Origin: Carcharhinus amblyrhynchos
Taxonomy: Eukaryota
Assembly (NCBI GenBank): GCA_965287045.1
Contig: OZ336872.1
Span: forward strand, 33,666,001-33,730,000
Reading direction: 5' to 3'
Length of the DNA: 64,000 nucleotides
The position numbers were made by a program, and so were the translations under genes. Position 1 is the first letter of the stretch. The number at the start of each line of letters is the position of its first letter. The notes under the pieces were generated by a model. That model worked only from the letters and a program-made list of their open reading frames with translations, did no database searches and had not been told where the DNA came from. Of the stretch, positions 12,391 through 24,970 are shown piece by piece.

Positions 12391-13239
12391 CCCTTGCCCC
12401 CACAGTGTTGCTCCTTGTTAATACTGTTCAGATGTATTGAGCTTCTTTAAAGTAAAAAATTATTTTTTAACTATTCATGCTGTTCTCTAACAGGGTGATT
12501 TATCTTTCTTTGCTGCCTTAACAATGGACACATTCGCAAAGCTAAGCCATTGTCCTATTAGCGAGAAATGTAGTTGTATCTTTAATTGTCAATTATTAGG
12601 ACATACGATTGTCATTTCTTTAGATCTGATGTATGTCAGAAAATGAAGTTTGCATAACTAATGCTCTCCACTATGTTTTTTAAGTGTGTAGATCAGTCCA
12701 CCAATGGTTAAGGGCACCAGTAAGGAATTTAGTGTTTCAGTGCCGAAACTTAGGGGCATTGCAAATAAGTTCTTCAAGCTGCATTCAGTCCCTTAGCTAA
12801 TTTCTCAGTGTTGAATTGTAGGTCATGCAATATACATCTTACATAAAATACCTCAGCTGATGTGTAATGAGACTTCGTGGCTTACTGGGAAGAAGCTGAC
12901 TAAAGGTTTAATTTGCGTTTTAGAGATAACACATATGCTACTCGTGTGCTAATGAATAACAATAATTTATCGATATTATGTTCACTGAGAGCCTGCTGAC
13001 TTTTCATAAAAACAGAAAATATTGAAAATACTCAACAGGGCTGACGACATCAGTGGAGAGAAAACAGAGTTAATGTTTTAAATCGAATAATCCTCTGCTT
13101 CTGAATGGCTAATTTGCCAAGTTAAGTCATAAAGGTTTACAGCATGAAAAACAGCCCCTTTGGCCCAACTTGTCCGTGCCACCCAGTTTTTATCACTAAG
13201 CTAGTCCCAATTGCCCTGGGAGAAACTATTTCTAAAGGA

Positions 13240-15230
13240 TGCACCTGTTGCTGGCACCTTTTTTGCTTACAAGCTACTTGCTAAGTGACAATCACGGAAA
13301 CATCAGGAAGGAATGTCAACTGCACTCCTCAAATTGCAACCAACAATGGAGGAGCCCATCCATCTTCAGTCTGAGGTGTCAGTGTCAGCATGTCAAAGCA
13401 TTGAGGTCAATGCTGGTTGAATGTTGGTTGCTATAAATTGTCCAGGATGTTGTTCCTGCACTGGTGCAGGAGCAGCACTACATCATTGCAGCCCTTGGTG
13501 GCGTCCATCAGTAGCCATGTGAAGGACAGCATCTCAATCTTACTCCAGCTGCCCCTTCTCCTCAAGGAAACAGCCAGTAGCCCCCAGGACACCCATAGGG
13601 AGGAGGATCTGCAATGGACAGCTTGTGACCATCCTCCCAGGAAACTGGAGGCTCTCCGGCTGATCCAAATCCCCTCTCCTGTGACCCCATCACCTTCAGT
13701 TCACAAGCCAAAGAGGATGCATATGCTTCACAACAGGACACTTAAAGCAGGCTGGGACGCTCCAACTCTCAGCAATCCAAAGAATGCCCACAAAAGTTAT
13801 CGCAGACAACAGGATGTTGTGGTCAGCAGTCTACCTCCACCTCCACTGTGGATGTTGGGGAAGCACCAAGATGTAGAGGTAGGGTAAGGAAAGTGAAGAA
13901 GACTTTGGAGCACGATAGTGGCATGGGTGTTCACAACACGCATATTTTGTTCACAAATGTGAATAGAATGGCACCCATTTGAAATCTTTTGTAAATGCTT
14001 CCATTTTATGATGAGCAGTGTCGCTGCCATTCAGGTGTGATACCATGGTCCCTACCCCCACTTATCACAGATGTCACTGTCATAAACTACTCATCTTTGT
14101 AGTGTGCTGCTATATCACCAGAGTATGTTTCTTTCCCAGATCGATCATGACACCAGTGATACCTTGACCTTAATGTTAAGCATGCTGTTGGAATGAACCT
14201 TGGTTATATGCTTTGCACAGTGATGCCATGTTTATTCTTGGTTGTGTAAGATTGAGGCAGAGGTGTTCTGCTATCTTATCTGCATTCTTGAAAGTTGAAA
14301 GAGAGATATGTTGTTGCGTGGAGAATGGTCATATATTGTGGAACTCCATGTTGCTCTCTGCTTCTCAGCAGATGTGTCATGCTGTGACCCCATACTCAGA
14401 GCTTGTGTGCGTTGCTGTCAGCCAACCACTTTTTCAACCTTGTGAGTGTACATCTGCTAAGCTCACCAATAAGTGACGGAACCTTGTCACCTCATTACTG
14501 TTCTGCTATTCAAAGGTCCAACTTTCAACATCTCTCACCCTGTAATTCTGTCTATTAAGGGGACAGATCTCTTGTCACCAAGTAGAGATGCAACACTGTA
14601 TGTTCCCTCACCTGATGTGAATTCCAAATGATGATTTCGGGCAGGAATTAGAGCCTTTGAGCACGATCTACAAAAGCATTAGCATTGCTTGATACAATGT
14701 GGAGGAGAACAGTGGGTTAAGAGTGAGATGTTCTGAAGCTAAAGTGTGCTCCTCATGAGCAATGATGCATGACCTTGAGGGTTCCATGGTGTCTGAGCAT
14801 TTTGGACTTTGCAAGGGCCAGGACTAGGACTGGCCATGAGTGCACAATGTCTGTGTTAAATGTCTGTTTAATCTCTGACATGCTTAGATTGTCCACATCC
14901 ATATTAAGGTGAGGCTTTGTGCCTGTGCTGGTAAGTACTCACCGCTGAAATTATGGCCAGTGTGAGGTGCGTAACAAGGTACTGCCCTTGTACCGCCAGC
15001 CAACTGGACCAACTACTATGATATTGCTTTGGTCAGGAAGCGCTGCTTTCAGTCCAGGTGTTGCAATCCTCATTCGTGGCATTCTAATTCTGCACTCCTT
15101 GGAATAAACATGAGAGAAATATTTTGTCAGAAAATTAGATTATTTAACGGGAGGCTGAGGCGGCTCTTCTGTGAACCATCCAGCATCAACTTTGAACAGC
15201 CATCTGAAGCTTGAACAGTGACCCAATTTC
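13240..15230. mobile_element. Degenerate PIF/Harbinger transposon remnant
   Basis: Minus strand near 14560-14590 gives LLGDKRSVP, resembling the Harbinger LLGDxGYP motif. The + strand 13400-13900 GC-rich coding-like remnant resembles the accessory ORF. Confidence 0.45.
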
Positions 15231-15589
15231 TCAGGACTTTGTTATTACTCTGGGGAATTTCCACACTGCGAACAAGGAGATCGATTAGTGCTACTTTGCA
15301 GGATTAGTCTCGCATGAATGGGCTTCATTTCTTCACTTCCTGATTCCCTGTACTGTCATTGAAAGGCTCTGTACATGTCTCAGCTGTGCCTCTCTCTTCA
15401 TTTGGGAGTGAACAGTTCAGTTGGGTGCCCCTTTAATTTCATCCCCCCATCCCTGCTAGTGCATGCATCCATCCTCCATTCTGCCTGCACAGCCCTCACC
15501 AGCAATTGCACCAATGCAACATTAACCTGATGCAACAAACAGTGCAAGCAATTTGTGCAATAATTCAATTTGCATGCAGGATTTAGCAC

Positions 15590-16095
15590 ATGTCTACTAT
15601 AACTTTGGAAGCTGTCCCTTGGAAAGCCAGGAAGAACACCATAGATGATTCATCTTGGTCTCCTCTTGAGATCACCACATCACAACATTCAGCCAATTCT
15701 ATTCACTCCCTGTGTTATCAAGAAATGGCTCAGCACATTGGACACAGCAAAGGTTATAGGCCCCAGAACGTCCCAGCTGTACTGCTGAAGACTTGTGCTC
15801 CAGAGCTAGTTAGGTCCTTTACCAAACTCCTACAATATAGCTACAAAATTGACATCTGGCAAATTGACAAATTGTTTACATACATCCTGTTCACAAAAAG
15901 CAGGACAGAATGCAATCTGACCCATTGCTGCCCTAACAGCATACTCTCAGTAACCAAGAAAGTGGCGAAAACAGTTGCGACAATAGTATTTAAATTACAG
16001 CTAAAGTACTCACCAATGACTTGCTGACTGACACTTAGTTTGGATCCCACCAGGACTACTCACTTCCAGACCTCATTGCAGCTTTGGTTCAAACA
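15590..16095 (+). mobile_element. Old LINE RT fragment (CR1/L2 group)
   Basis: PAVLLKTCAPELVRSFTKLLQYSY...PNSILSV, a degenerate N-terminal RT region. A related minus-strand fragment lies near 57690-58015. Confidence 0.65.
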
Positions 16096-17435
16096 ACAGA
16101 CTGGCAAGCCATTTTAAAAAATATTCATTCACAGAATGTGGGCGTTACTGACTAAGCCAATTTATCGAGTAGCTATGTTGCTAAGAAATTTACTCAGCAA
16201 CGTGACAACAGCAGTTGCCAACCTGCCATGGCACTCCACTATTTTCCCTGTGTGCCTTGCCTTCAGGACCTATATCTTGAAGCTGGGAGTATTCTGGTCA
16301 ATATTTCAAGCTTCTGACCTTTCATCAGAATTGGGAAAAGTAGGAAGCGTACTTGATTTTGAGCAAGTAAAAGGGAGGGGGTTGGGAAGAAGAACAAAAG
16401 GGAAGTTCTTTGGTTGAGTGGAGTACAGGGAATTAAAACCGATTACATTTCCAACTTTTCTGGGTTCTGATGAAAGCTAATTGATTGGAAATGTTAATTG
16501 TTTCCCTCTTTGCAGGAGCTGCCAGACCTGCTGAGTAGTTCTAGTATTTTTTGTTTTTATTCCAGGATCAGCAGTATTTCGCTTTTGTGTTGTGTTTAAT
16601 CGCTTTGCACTGAAGTGAAGTATATTATATGTTAATTTTCTGTCAAAGTATTAGAGACAATTCTGAATGCACTTAATTCTTTAGCAACTCATAGTTCCCA
16701 GGGATAAATAAAGAAGCAGAGCATGTTATATCTCCTACTTTTTAAATAACATTATCTAAAGCAACTATTTTGTTTTATTTTGCCATTTGCCATTTTCCCT
16801 TCAGCATACAGGTGCCCATCTTTAACTAATCCAACAGGTTTACGTTGGTTGTGAATCAGAATCCCTGGGCACCAACAAAGCAAAGGAACAATCCTGAAGC
16901 AGTTTAAGATACCATTAACCATGAGACAGCAGAAATGATTTATGATGTTTTTATTGTGGGAAAAACAATGTCACACAGCCCTACTGCAATGCAATTTATG
17001 TGCGTCAAAAGGCTGTGTTATAAGATGTGCCAGTGTATTAACGAAAAGGATCTGTAGGTTGTGGTATAAATTTGAGACTACTGGAAATAAACTCTTGCAT
17101 TTATATTGCGATCCCTCTTTTAGCTTTCCTAATGTGTGCCTAAAAATCAGCATGTTAAATAAACAAAATGTGCAAAATGGAAATTACTTTCCCATATGAA
17201 AGCATGTACATTCCTACCTGTAATTTTTACATAAAAATCTATTGATTACCTGGAATATAGCTGACTTAAAAGTGTTCTTTCTACTTACTTACCTGCTGCT
17301 TGCCACTTCTGACCACCAGCTCGCCAGCCCTCTCACTCGCCATATCCTCTTCCCTCGTTCCTGCTCATTCCTTCCCTGTCCTGCCTCCCATGCCTCCTTC
17401 CACTCATTAACCATTTCACCTCTTGTTCTCTTACA

Positions 17436-17768
17436 GGGGAGGCAATGGCTTAGTGGTATTATCACTGGACGAGTAATCCAGAGGCCCGGGGAATTATCTG
17501 GGGGCCTGGGTTTGAATCCTACTGCAGCAAATGGCATAATTTGAATTCAATAAAAATGTGGAATTAAAAGCCTAATGGTGACCGTGAAATCATTGTCGAT
17601 TCCATGTCGTTCACGAATGCCTTTTTAGGGAAGGAAATCCTACGTGACTCCAGATCAACAACAACGTGGTTGATTCTGGCCTAGCTAGCCATTCAGTCCA
17701 ACTGAATTGGGGATGGACAATAAATGCTGGCCCAGCCACTGATGCCCACATCCCATGAATGAATACAA
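17436..17768 (+). mobile_element. tRNA-derived SINE (second family)
   Basis: tggcttagtgg A-box, gggtttgaatcc B-box, tail gatgcccacatcccatgaatgaat. Confidence 0.7.
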
Positions 17769-17927
17769 AAATACTCACCATGTCCCTCTGCTGACCCCTT
17801 CACTTGTTGCCCCTCTCTTGAACCCTTGTTCACACTAAGAAGAGACAAGTGTGGTGGCAGGTAGAAAACAAATGCATTTTCAAATGCAAATATTTTAACA
17901 AAAGCCTTTCCTATCGATAGTTTTAAT

Positions 17928-18219
17928 AGAATCTTCACAGTGCAGAAGGAGGCCATTTGGCCCATTGAGTCTGCACTGACAATAATCCCACTCAGGCCCT
18001 ATCCCTGTAACCTCACATATTCACCCTGCTAATCCCCTGACACTGAGGGGCAATTTAGCATGGCCCAATCCACCAAACTTTGGAGTGTGGGAGGAAACTG
18101 GAGCACCCAGAGGAAACCCAGGCAGAGATGGGGAGAATGTGCAAACTCAGTCAACCGAAACAGTACCCGGATACCCGGTGCTGTGAGGCAACAATGCTAA
18201 CCACTGTGCCACCGTGCCA
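17928..18219 (-). mobile_element. HE1-like SINE
   Basis: atagaatc tail, gggaggaaactggagcaccc core, ctaaccactgtgccaccgtgcc head. Confidence 0.85.
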
Positions 18220-18571
18220 TGAATTTATTATGAATAAAACAATATTCCCCAAGGTCCTCGTCTTATGGCATTCTCTCTCCATTACATTTTCTTTCTATGG
18301 TCCTCTCTTCCCAGTGCCTCCTCTCCCTTTTTTCCTCATTGTTATTTTCCCCATTGCACTTTCACTGCATTGTCCTCTTTCCCGAGGGCTGTCTTTCCCC
18401 TTGGCCCTCTCCCCATGACCCTCTCCTCGATTTGCTCAGCTTTGCTTTACTGCCCACTCTGTCATCGCTGCTATTCCATCATCCACTGCCCACGGTGCTG
18501 TCTGCCCCACTATCCACCACCCACTTTGCCACTGGCCTCTGCTTTGCTGCTGGCCTTTGCTTCATCACTGG

Positions 18572-18980
18572 GCCATCACAAAGAACTACAAAAGGCCATG
18601 AATGTAGCCCAGTTTATCACGCAAACCAGTTTCCCAGCCATTAATTCTGTCTACACTTCCCGCTGCCTTGGCAAAGCAGCCAGCATAATTAAGGACACCA
18701 CGCACCTTGGACGTTCTCTTTTCCAGCTTCTTCTGTTGGGAAAAGGACACAAAAGTTTGAGGTCACGTACCAACCGACTCAAGAGCAGCTTCTTCCCTGC
18801 TGCTGTCAGACTTTTGAATGGACTTACCTTGCATTAAGTTGATCTTTCTCTACACCCTAGCAATTCTGCACTCTTTTGTTTCCTTCTCTATGAATGGTAA
18901 GCTTTGTCTGTATAGCACGCAAGAAACAATACTTTTCAGTGTATGTTAATACATGTGACAATAATAAATCAAATCAAAAC
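18572..18980 (+). mobile_element. Rex1/Babar-like LINE 3' fragment
   Basis: KELQKAMNVAQFITQTSFP...RTNRLKSSFFPAAVRLLN peptide and aataaatcaaatcaaa tail. Confidence 0.85.
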
Positions 18981-18992
18981 CTTTCTTCCATT

Positions 18993-19268
18993 TATTATTA
19001 TTGCCAGAAGTAGGCTTACGTTAACATTGCATCGAAGTTATTGTGAAAATCCCCTAGTCGCCACACTCTGGCATCTGTTTGGGTACACTGAGGGAGGATT
19101 TAGCATGCCCAATGTACCTAACCAGTATGTCTTCTGAACATTGGGAGGAAACCAGAGCACCCAGAGGAAACCCACGCAGACATGTAGACTCGCACAGATA
19201 GTCACCCAAGCTGGGAATTGAACCTGGGTCCCTGGCGCTGTGAGGCCACAGTACTATTCACTGTGCCA
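18993..19268 (-). mobile_element. HE1-like SINE with alternative tail
   Basis: Same structure as 4388-4672. Confidence 0.8.
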
Positions 19269-22200
19269 TTCCTGCTTCATTGCTGAGCCTTCATTCCATT
19301 GTTGCCTTCACTCCTTCATTCAACTTGACCTAGCTTCTCTTTTAACTGCTCTAGCCTCTGCTTCAGAATTCTAATACTCACTTTGAGCTTTTTTCAGCTC
19401 ATCGAATCAGAGGCCAACTTCTTAATGCTTTGGCTGCTAATAACTGGTGCACCTATCAGGAGAAGGATAAAACCTTCCTCCAATTTGACAAGCTGCAAGC
19501 ACTTTTTTTTAATCAAATTGTGTTCTGTGGAACCCAGTTTGGGAAACACTGGATTACATTATTGCCTTACAATACCTCCTGTTTGCATCGTTAATTATTG
19601 TATTTGCTTTGTGATTTTGGATTGTTCATAGTCTTAACAGAGTTTAATTTAATTTATGTCTGAGTTCTTTCTCCACAAGTTATACTTCATCCTCATGATA
19701 AGTGGAAAATCAAATTTTGAGATGTTTTTAATATCTAAATATAAAGCATGTTTGCATAATATATATACGAAAAAAATATATTTTTGTCTATAAAAATATG
19801 GAAAGATTTTCCTATGTATAAAACAAAGAAAATGTGGCATCTGGATGTTGGCTCAATGAAATTTTAGACAGATGGAAAGTCATGTGTCAAAATGTATTTG
19901 CAATCCCCCTTAGCTCCAGCTGCCTGTGCATATAGTTCAAAACCTTCTGTTTTGTGTATTTGACATTGTTACTGTTTGAAAAGAATGTTCATGATAATAT
20001 GCACCAGATGTTATGTCTTTACAGATAACTTCTGTCACGTTAGTCTCTAAGGATTGTTGAGATGCTCGAATAGGTGCTTTATCATTGATTGGTATCATGT
20101 ACTTTCTATGCACATTTGGTTTTCATTGATGCCACTGGTAGTTTGATCCATCATCGCTGCAGCTTTCACACATCACTATGATGATCCCCTGAAGCGTTTG
20201 TCACATTTGGCCAACTTTTTAACCTCCCCACATTTGCACATGCAGTTGTTCAAATGCCTTGTATAATGTTAACAAAATGAGCACTCAGTTGCAGTTTGGA
20301 CCTTTATATTACTAAACCAATACAAATGACATAGTTCACAAAACGTTAAGAATTATTGCCCATTTTGCTCATCTGTAAGAGTGGAATTAGCAAGGTTTCG
20401 AGAGGGACGAATTGGCTCATGTTCTTGTCCCTGATCATTGTACAGATTCCTGTTGGAGGGTTGTTACAAGCAGGATTGGGCATGGGGTGGTGGGGGAGAG
20501 AATCTCAGCCTCCACAAAAGCAGTGCAGCAGCTTGGGAGAATCGCCCAGTGTGTGTCCGTCATCTGGATTTCAATGACCTATCAAATTTCTCAGCCGTTA
20601 GGAATTGAAAGGAAGTTTTTTAAGAATTAGCAGATGATCCATCTCCTTTTGATTGGCCTGGGTTATTAATTGCAGATGGCCTTTCTGCAGCTCTTTTGAA
20701 GTTAGATAGTACAGTCCACATGGGGTCATTACTGACTTCTTAGAGATAACAAGGTGTGAGTTTCCCTGCATCTGCAATGTGCCTTCTTTTCTTCAGGCGT
20801 CACATTCAGACACAGTTTCAGCCATTTTCAGCTCCTGGTCCAGTTTTGAAAAAATTAGAAATAGTGATGAGCATATCTGCATTTTCAGTGTGAGGTATTA
20901 GCCCTTCACAGTGTGCATATTTGTATGTGTTTTTGCATTTGTGTCGGATCCAAATCAATTTTGATGCCTCCAGTGATTGGATAACCTGCTGCCATTTGCT
21001 GACTTGATGCAGTCATGAGAGATACCTATGTACAGAATGCAAATAATAATTTAACGAACCTATTCTTTTCATAAATCAGTATTAACAATCTGTGATGGAA
21101 CTGCAACTGGGAACTTGTACGATTTGAGCAGTACATAATTTATTTCTTTAATTTGAATGACTTTGAACCTAATGTTCATACACAACAAGAATTTAATTAT
21201 TAAAAAGTAATAAAGTTGCATACTTGGCTGTAGTTGAAATCGCTATCAGAACTAGTCTTGAAGTATGATATTAAACCTCTTCGATGAATTGCCACATCTA
21301 CTTTATGCAGCACAGGGTCACTATATATAAATAAAAGATGTAATAAAATTACTATTTCAACAGATTAAAACAAGATAATAGCTTTTTTTATATTTAGAAA
21401 TAAATTCTCTCACTCACTCTTATTTCATGTCTTTATTATATTTTGAGATGAAAAACTGCTTTGTAAGCTGAAAACACAATACAAATTGAATGGCTGATGA
21501 TGCTGTTTACCTCCTCAGCTGAAGTATATGTAATTAGTTATGTGAGGTCAGCAGCAGGAATTAGCATGCAGGACTATTGATTTTTTTAAAGTATTGAAGA
21601 CTGGTTATATAAATATTTCACTCTTTCAGTTGGCTGTGGAATAGACTTTTAATTATTTTAGGCATTGGTTGTTTTAATATCCCAGTCCATCCATATATGT
21701 ATGTCTACTCAAATTGAATTTAAAATTTCCTGATTAAGTGGATAACATTTAGCTTTCTGGAAAATGGGAATTCGGTTTGAGTTTGAATACATTTAATCTT
21801 TGAGAAATAATTGTCTTTCACCTGTATCAGCACAACCTTGGATTTGAAACCTTTGCAGCAACTGCAAATTAAGGTCAGTTCTACCAATCACTTCCAGTTG
21901 AACCAAACTGGACTCCTTATGGCAATTTTTAGTTATGACGAGCATTACTCTGCAATAGAAAAACAGACCACCTTAATAGAGAGGGAATAATATTTTTGGA
22001 TGATGAAACGCCATTACTGACTCAGTCACTCTGTGAAATATCCCTTGCATGGCCCACTTCACATTTTAAACTGTTGGAGGAAGCAGGTGAGCAAATAAGA
22101 GTGAACGTGGTGGAAGTCAGGAAGAAAATTCTATTTTATTTGTGCTTCAGATTTGTCTTGGCACATAAGACAAAAATTTGAGGGCAGGTTTTAACTTTTG

Positions 22201-22403
22201 GGGTGTAAACAGGCCACTTCTCATGCCTAAAATGAAAAGGCCAGCTATTTCAAATTCGGGCTTATATAGATTCCGCAAGCCTTCAATTTGTAAAAAGGTG
22301 TCTCTGATGCAGCACCTGCATTGTTGCAATTTGGCTACCTTAGTACCAGTGAGGAGATATAATCATAGAGGTGAGCCCTCGTAACAGCAATTCCTACCCA
22401 TTG

Positions 22404-23099
22404 AGGGTGATTCTCTGGCCTTGCTGCGCCTGATACTGATCACACTGATTCTGGAGAAGAGCATGTGGGCCTAACAATCGGTTTTGTGCTCAGCGCCAAA
22501 CAGTTTGCAATTATCCTGGCCCCTTTCTAATGGCGTGAACCAAATTGCACTCAGAAAGGGTGCAAGACCAGTTAGCATATTTAAAGTAGCATTTAAATGC
22601 AGATGGTCTATTTGAATTCCAGTGCACGTAATTCTCCAGCCTTTGGACGCAGCGAGAACCACTACTGATCTCCACCAGCATGAGACCTGGCGCGATGGCC
22701 AAGCTGGGAGGCTTAGAGACCATTTAAGCCCGTGGGGTGTTGGGTACATGATTAGGCGGTGCCTACTCGGCACCTTTGCATGGCAATTAGGCACCACTAA
22801 TGTGCTGGGGTGTGCGAAAAGGATGGGCCTGTGTGGGAAGTATAATGGGGGGCTATGCAAGTAGGCAATGATGGGAGCTGCACAGGGGTGGGTCATGCAG
22901 GGGTGGATCATACCAAAGGCCTTTATTTTGGGGGCATGTTGAAAGGGTCACGGTGCCCCAATGCTGGCTACCTGTGTCAGGAAGGCTGGGAGAACATGCC
23001 ACCAATGAGGGTGGGGGAGATCCTGAAGTCCACGGAAAAGGTTTACCCTTGTTTTCTCGCCATTATGACACTTAGATGTGTTTTGGGAGAATTCAGCCT
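22404..23099. mobile_element. Non-autonomous Harbinger-like element
   Basis: Ends agggtgattctc ... gagaattcagcct are imperfect TIRs. Internal gcatttaaatgc motif shared with the element at 4757. Confidence 0.55.
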
Positions 23100-23704
23100 T
23101 CCATTGGCTCCATTACTCTCGGATAACTATTAAAATTTTATAATGATCGTTTTGAGATACTTCTGTTGTACCAACAGTAAAACTAGTCTGAGTGCGTGGA
23201 ACATTATCCATCTAGATGTGTCTTAAAATGAAAGTGTACAATTCCAATTTGCATATCAAAAGGACTTACTATCTTGGAATTTGTATATGGCATAGGACTG
23301 GGATGTTGGTGATATTAGAGTGGTATGTCTATGAATCTCACTTGATTTGGTCAAGTCAAAATGTGCTGCATTTTTTTTCAATCATTGATTTAAATAGCAT
23401 TTAAGTAACATAAATAGGAAATGGTCACAGCCTGTTTTATAAAAAAAAGTTTGGATTTACCAACAATTATAGTTTTGTGTGGACAATTCATCAGGGACAT
23501 ACAGATTAAGCTTGGAAGTTAAAGTCACCCCAGCTTCATGATGTCAAAATTAGAGGTGTTTGGCACTCAGCTTGCACCCATCCATCCAATTTCTCCATGC
23601 TAAAATCAGGCCTTTAATAAAACTGAAATTTTCCATCTAGGTTGAAATAACCATGCCCTGGATTATCTGATTGGAAAAAAGTTGACTTTGGAGTTGGTCC
23701 CATT

Positions 23705-24300
23705 TTTTTCGTAGATTTTCACCTTGCACTCATCAAAACATTCCCAGGAATACAATGCAAGGGAAATCAACAACCACTCACAACAGGCAAGATACAGACT
23801 GTACCCAGCCCATGCGTACAAAACTCAAAGCACAGTGTCCAATATTAGATGTGATTACGAAATTGGATTGGACAACATTTGCTAAATAATCCTCAGTGAG
23901 CTAAGAATTATACTGACAACCAATTCCAGATTGTTAATTGGGCTCACAGTACGATGTATTTGCATGATCTGTAAGCCACATATATTAATGCACAAGGTCT
24001 TGTTCTTTGCAAGCAGAAAGAACATGTACACACATTGCACCTGAGACTTGTTCATTTCTCAGGCCAATGCCTTAAACAGTAAAACTTAAACTGCTGGTTT
24101 AAATTTCACGCAATATTTGGCAGATAGCTCTCAGTCAACATCAATTGATGCATTCTTCATAGCAACACCTCTGCAAATCAGAATCCACCTGCCAAGCAAT
24201 CATACAGTATAAATTTGTTGATTTCCCTTGCATTGTATTCTTGCAAATGTCCTGATGCAAGTTAAAAAACTTGGGTAAAAAATATCCTTTTTTCAGCTAT
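23705..24300 (+). mobile_element. Penelope-like element 3' fragment (GIY-YIG C-terminus) with inverted pLTR
   Basis: Degenerate IGQHLLNNPQ*AKNYTDNQFQIV...ATYINAQGLVLCKQKEHVHTL. Inverted repeat gaatacaatgcaagggaaatcaacaa (about 23748-23773) and its complement (about 24215-24240). Confidence 0.7.
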
Positions 24301-24970
24301 ACTCAAGTTGAGTATGCCATCCTTTTGTTCTCATACATCTGTCTTTGATTGGGACTTCAAAGCCTTCATACCATGTTGTAGGAAACACTGTGATTTCAGT
24401 TAAGGGTACCCTACAAGCAGTCGGAAAATTCTATTGTATACAACTGTGTGAAGAACCACAGTCTCGTTAAAACTGACGAATGCTCCACTGAAGATGTAGC
24501 TTCCTGATTAACTCATAGGGAACCTTTAATATCAGAGAAATGATGTGAGTGGGTTTGAAATAATTCAAACAGAACAAATATCCATTTAAACACATGGAAT
24601 GAAATGTGTTTGTTTCACTTCTAACAACCGAAATTTGACATTCTGTGATTGTAGTTAGGTTTTGGGGCATTAGGGATCAAAAGGTTGAGGTAGGAGGGGT
24701 TGGATCAGTGGAGTGAGGTCTGATTGGTTGTGGGATATGGAGGGGGTGGAGAGGGGCGGTTGGCGGTGGGTCAGGTCCAATCTGTGGGTTGGGGTGTTAG
24801 GAATGTGAGGGGAGTGTCTCTGAGGGTCAGATATGGGATGAGTCCTGTCGGGTTATCGGTCTGGGTACTAACAATAGTTATCCAGAAGTTAGAAGAGCTT
24901 CTAATTCTTCTCATTTTTCCTGAGTAATTTTAATTGTAACCGTGGCAGAACCATCCAAAGTTAACGATTT

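Noticed and set aside
18265-18837. 190-aa ORF
   Set aside because: Chimera of pyrimidine-rich low-complexity DNA and a Rex1 fragment.
20030-21030. Possible old antisense LINE remnant
   Set aside because: Too degenerate to assign motifs or boundaries by eye.
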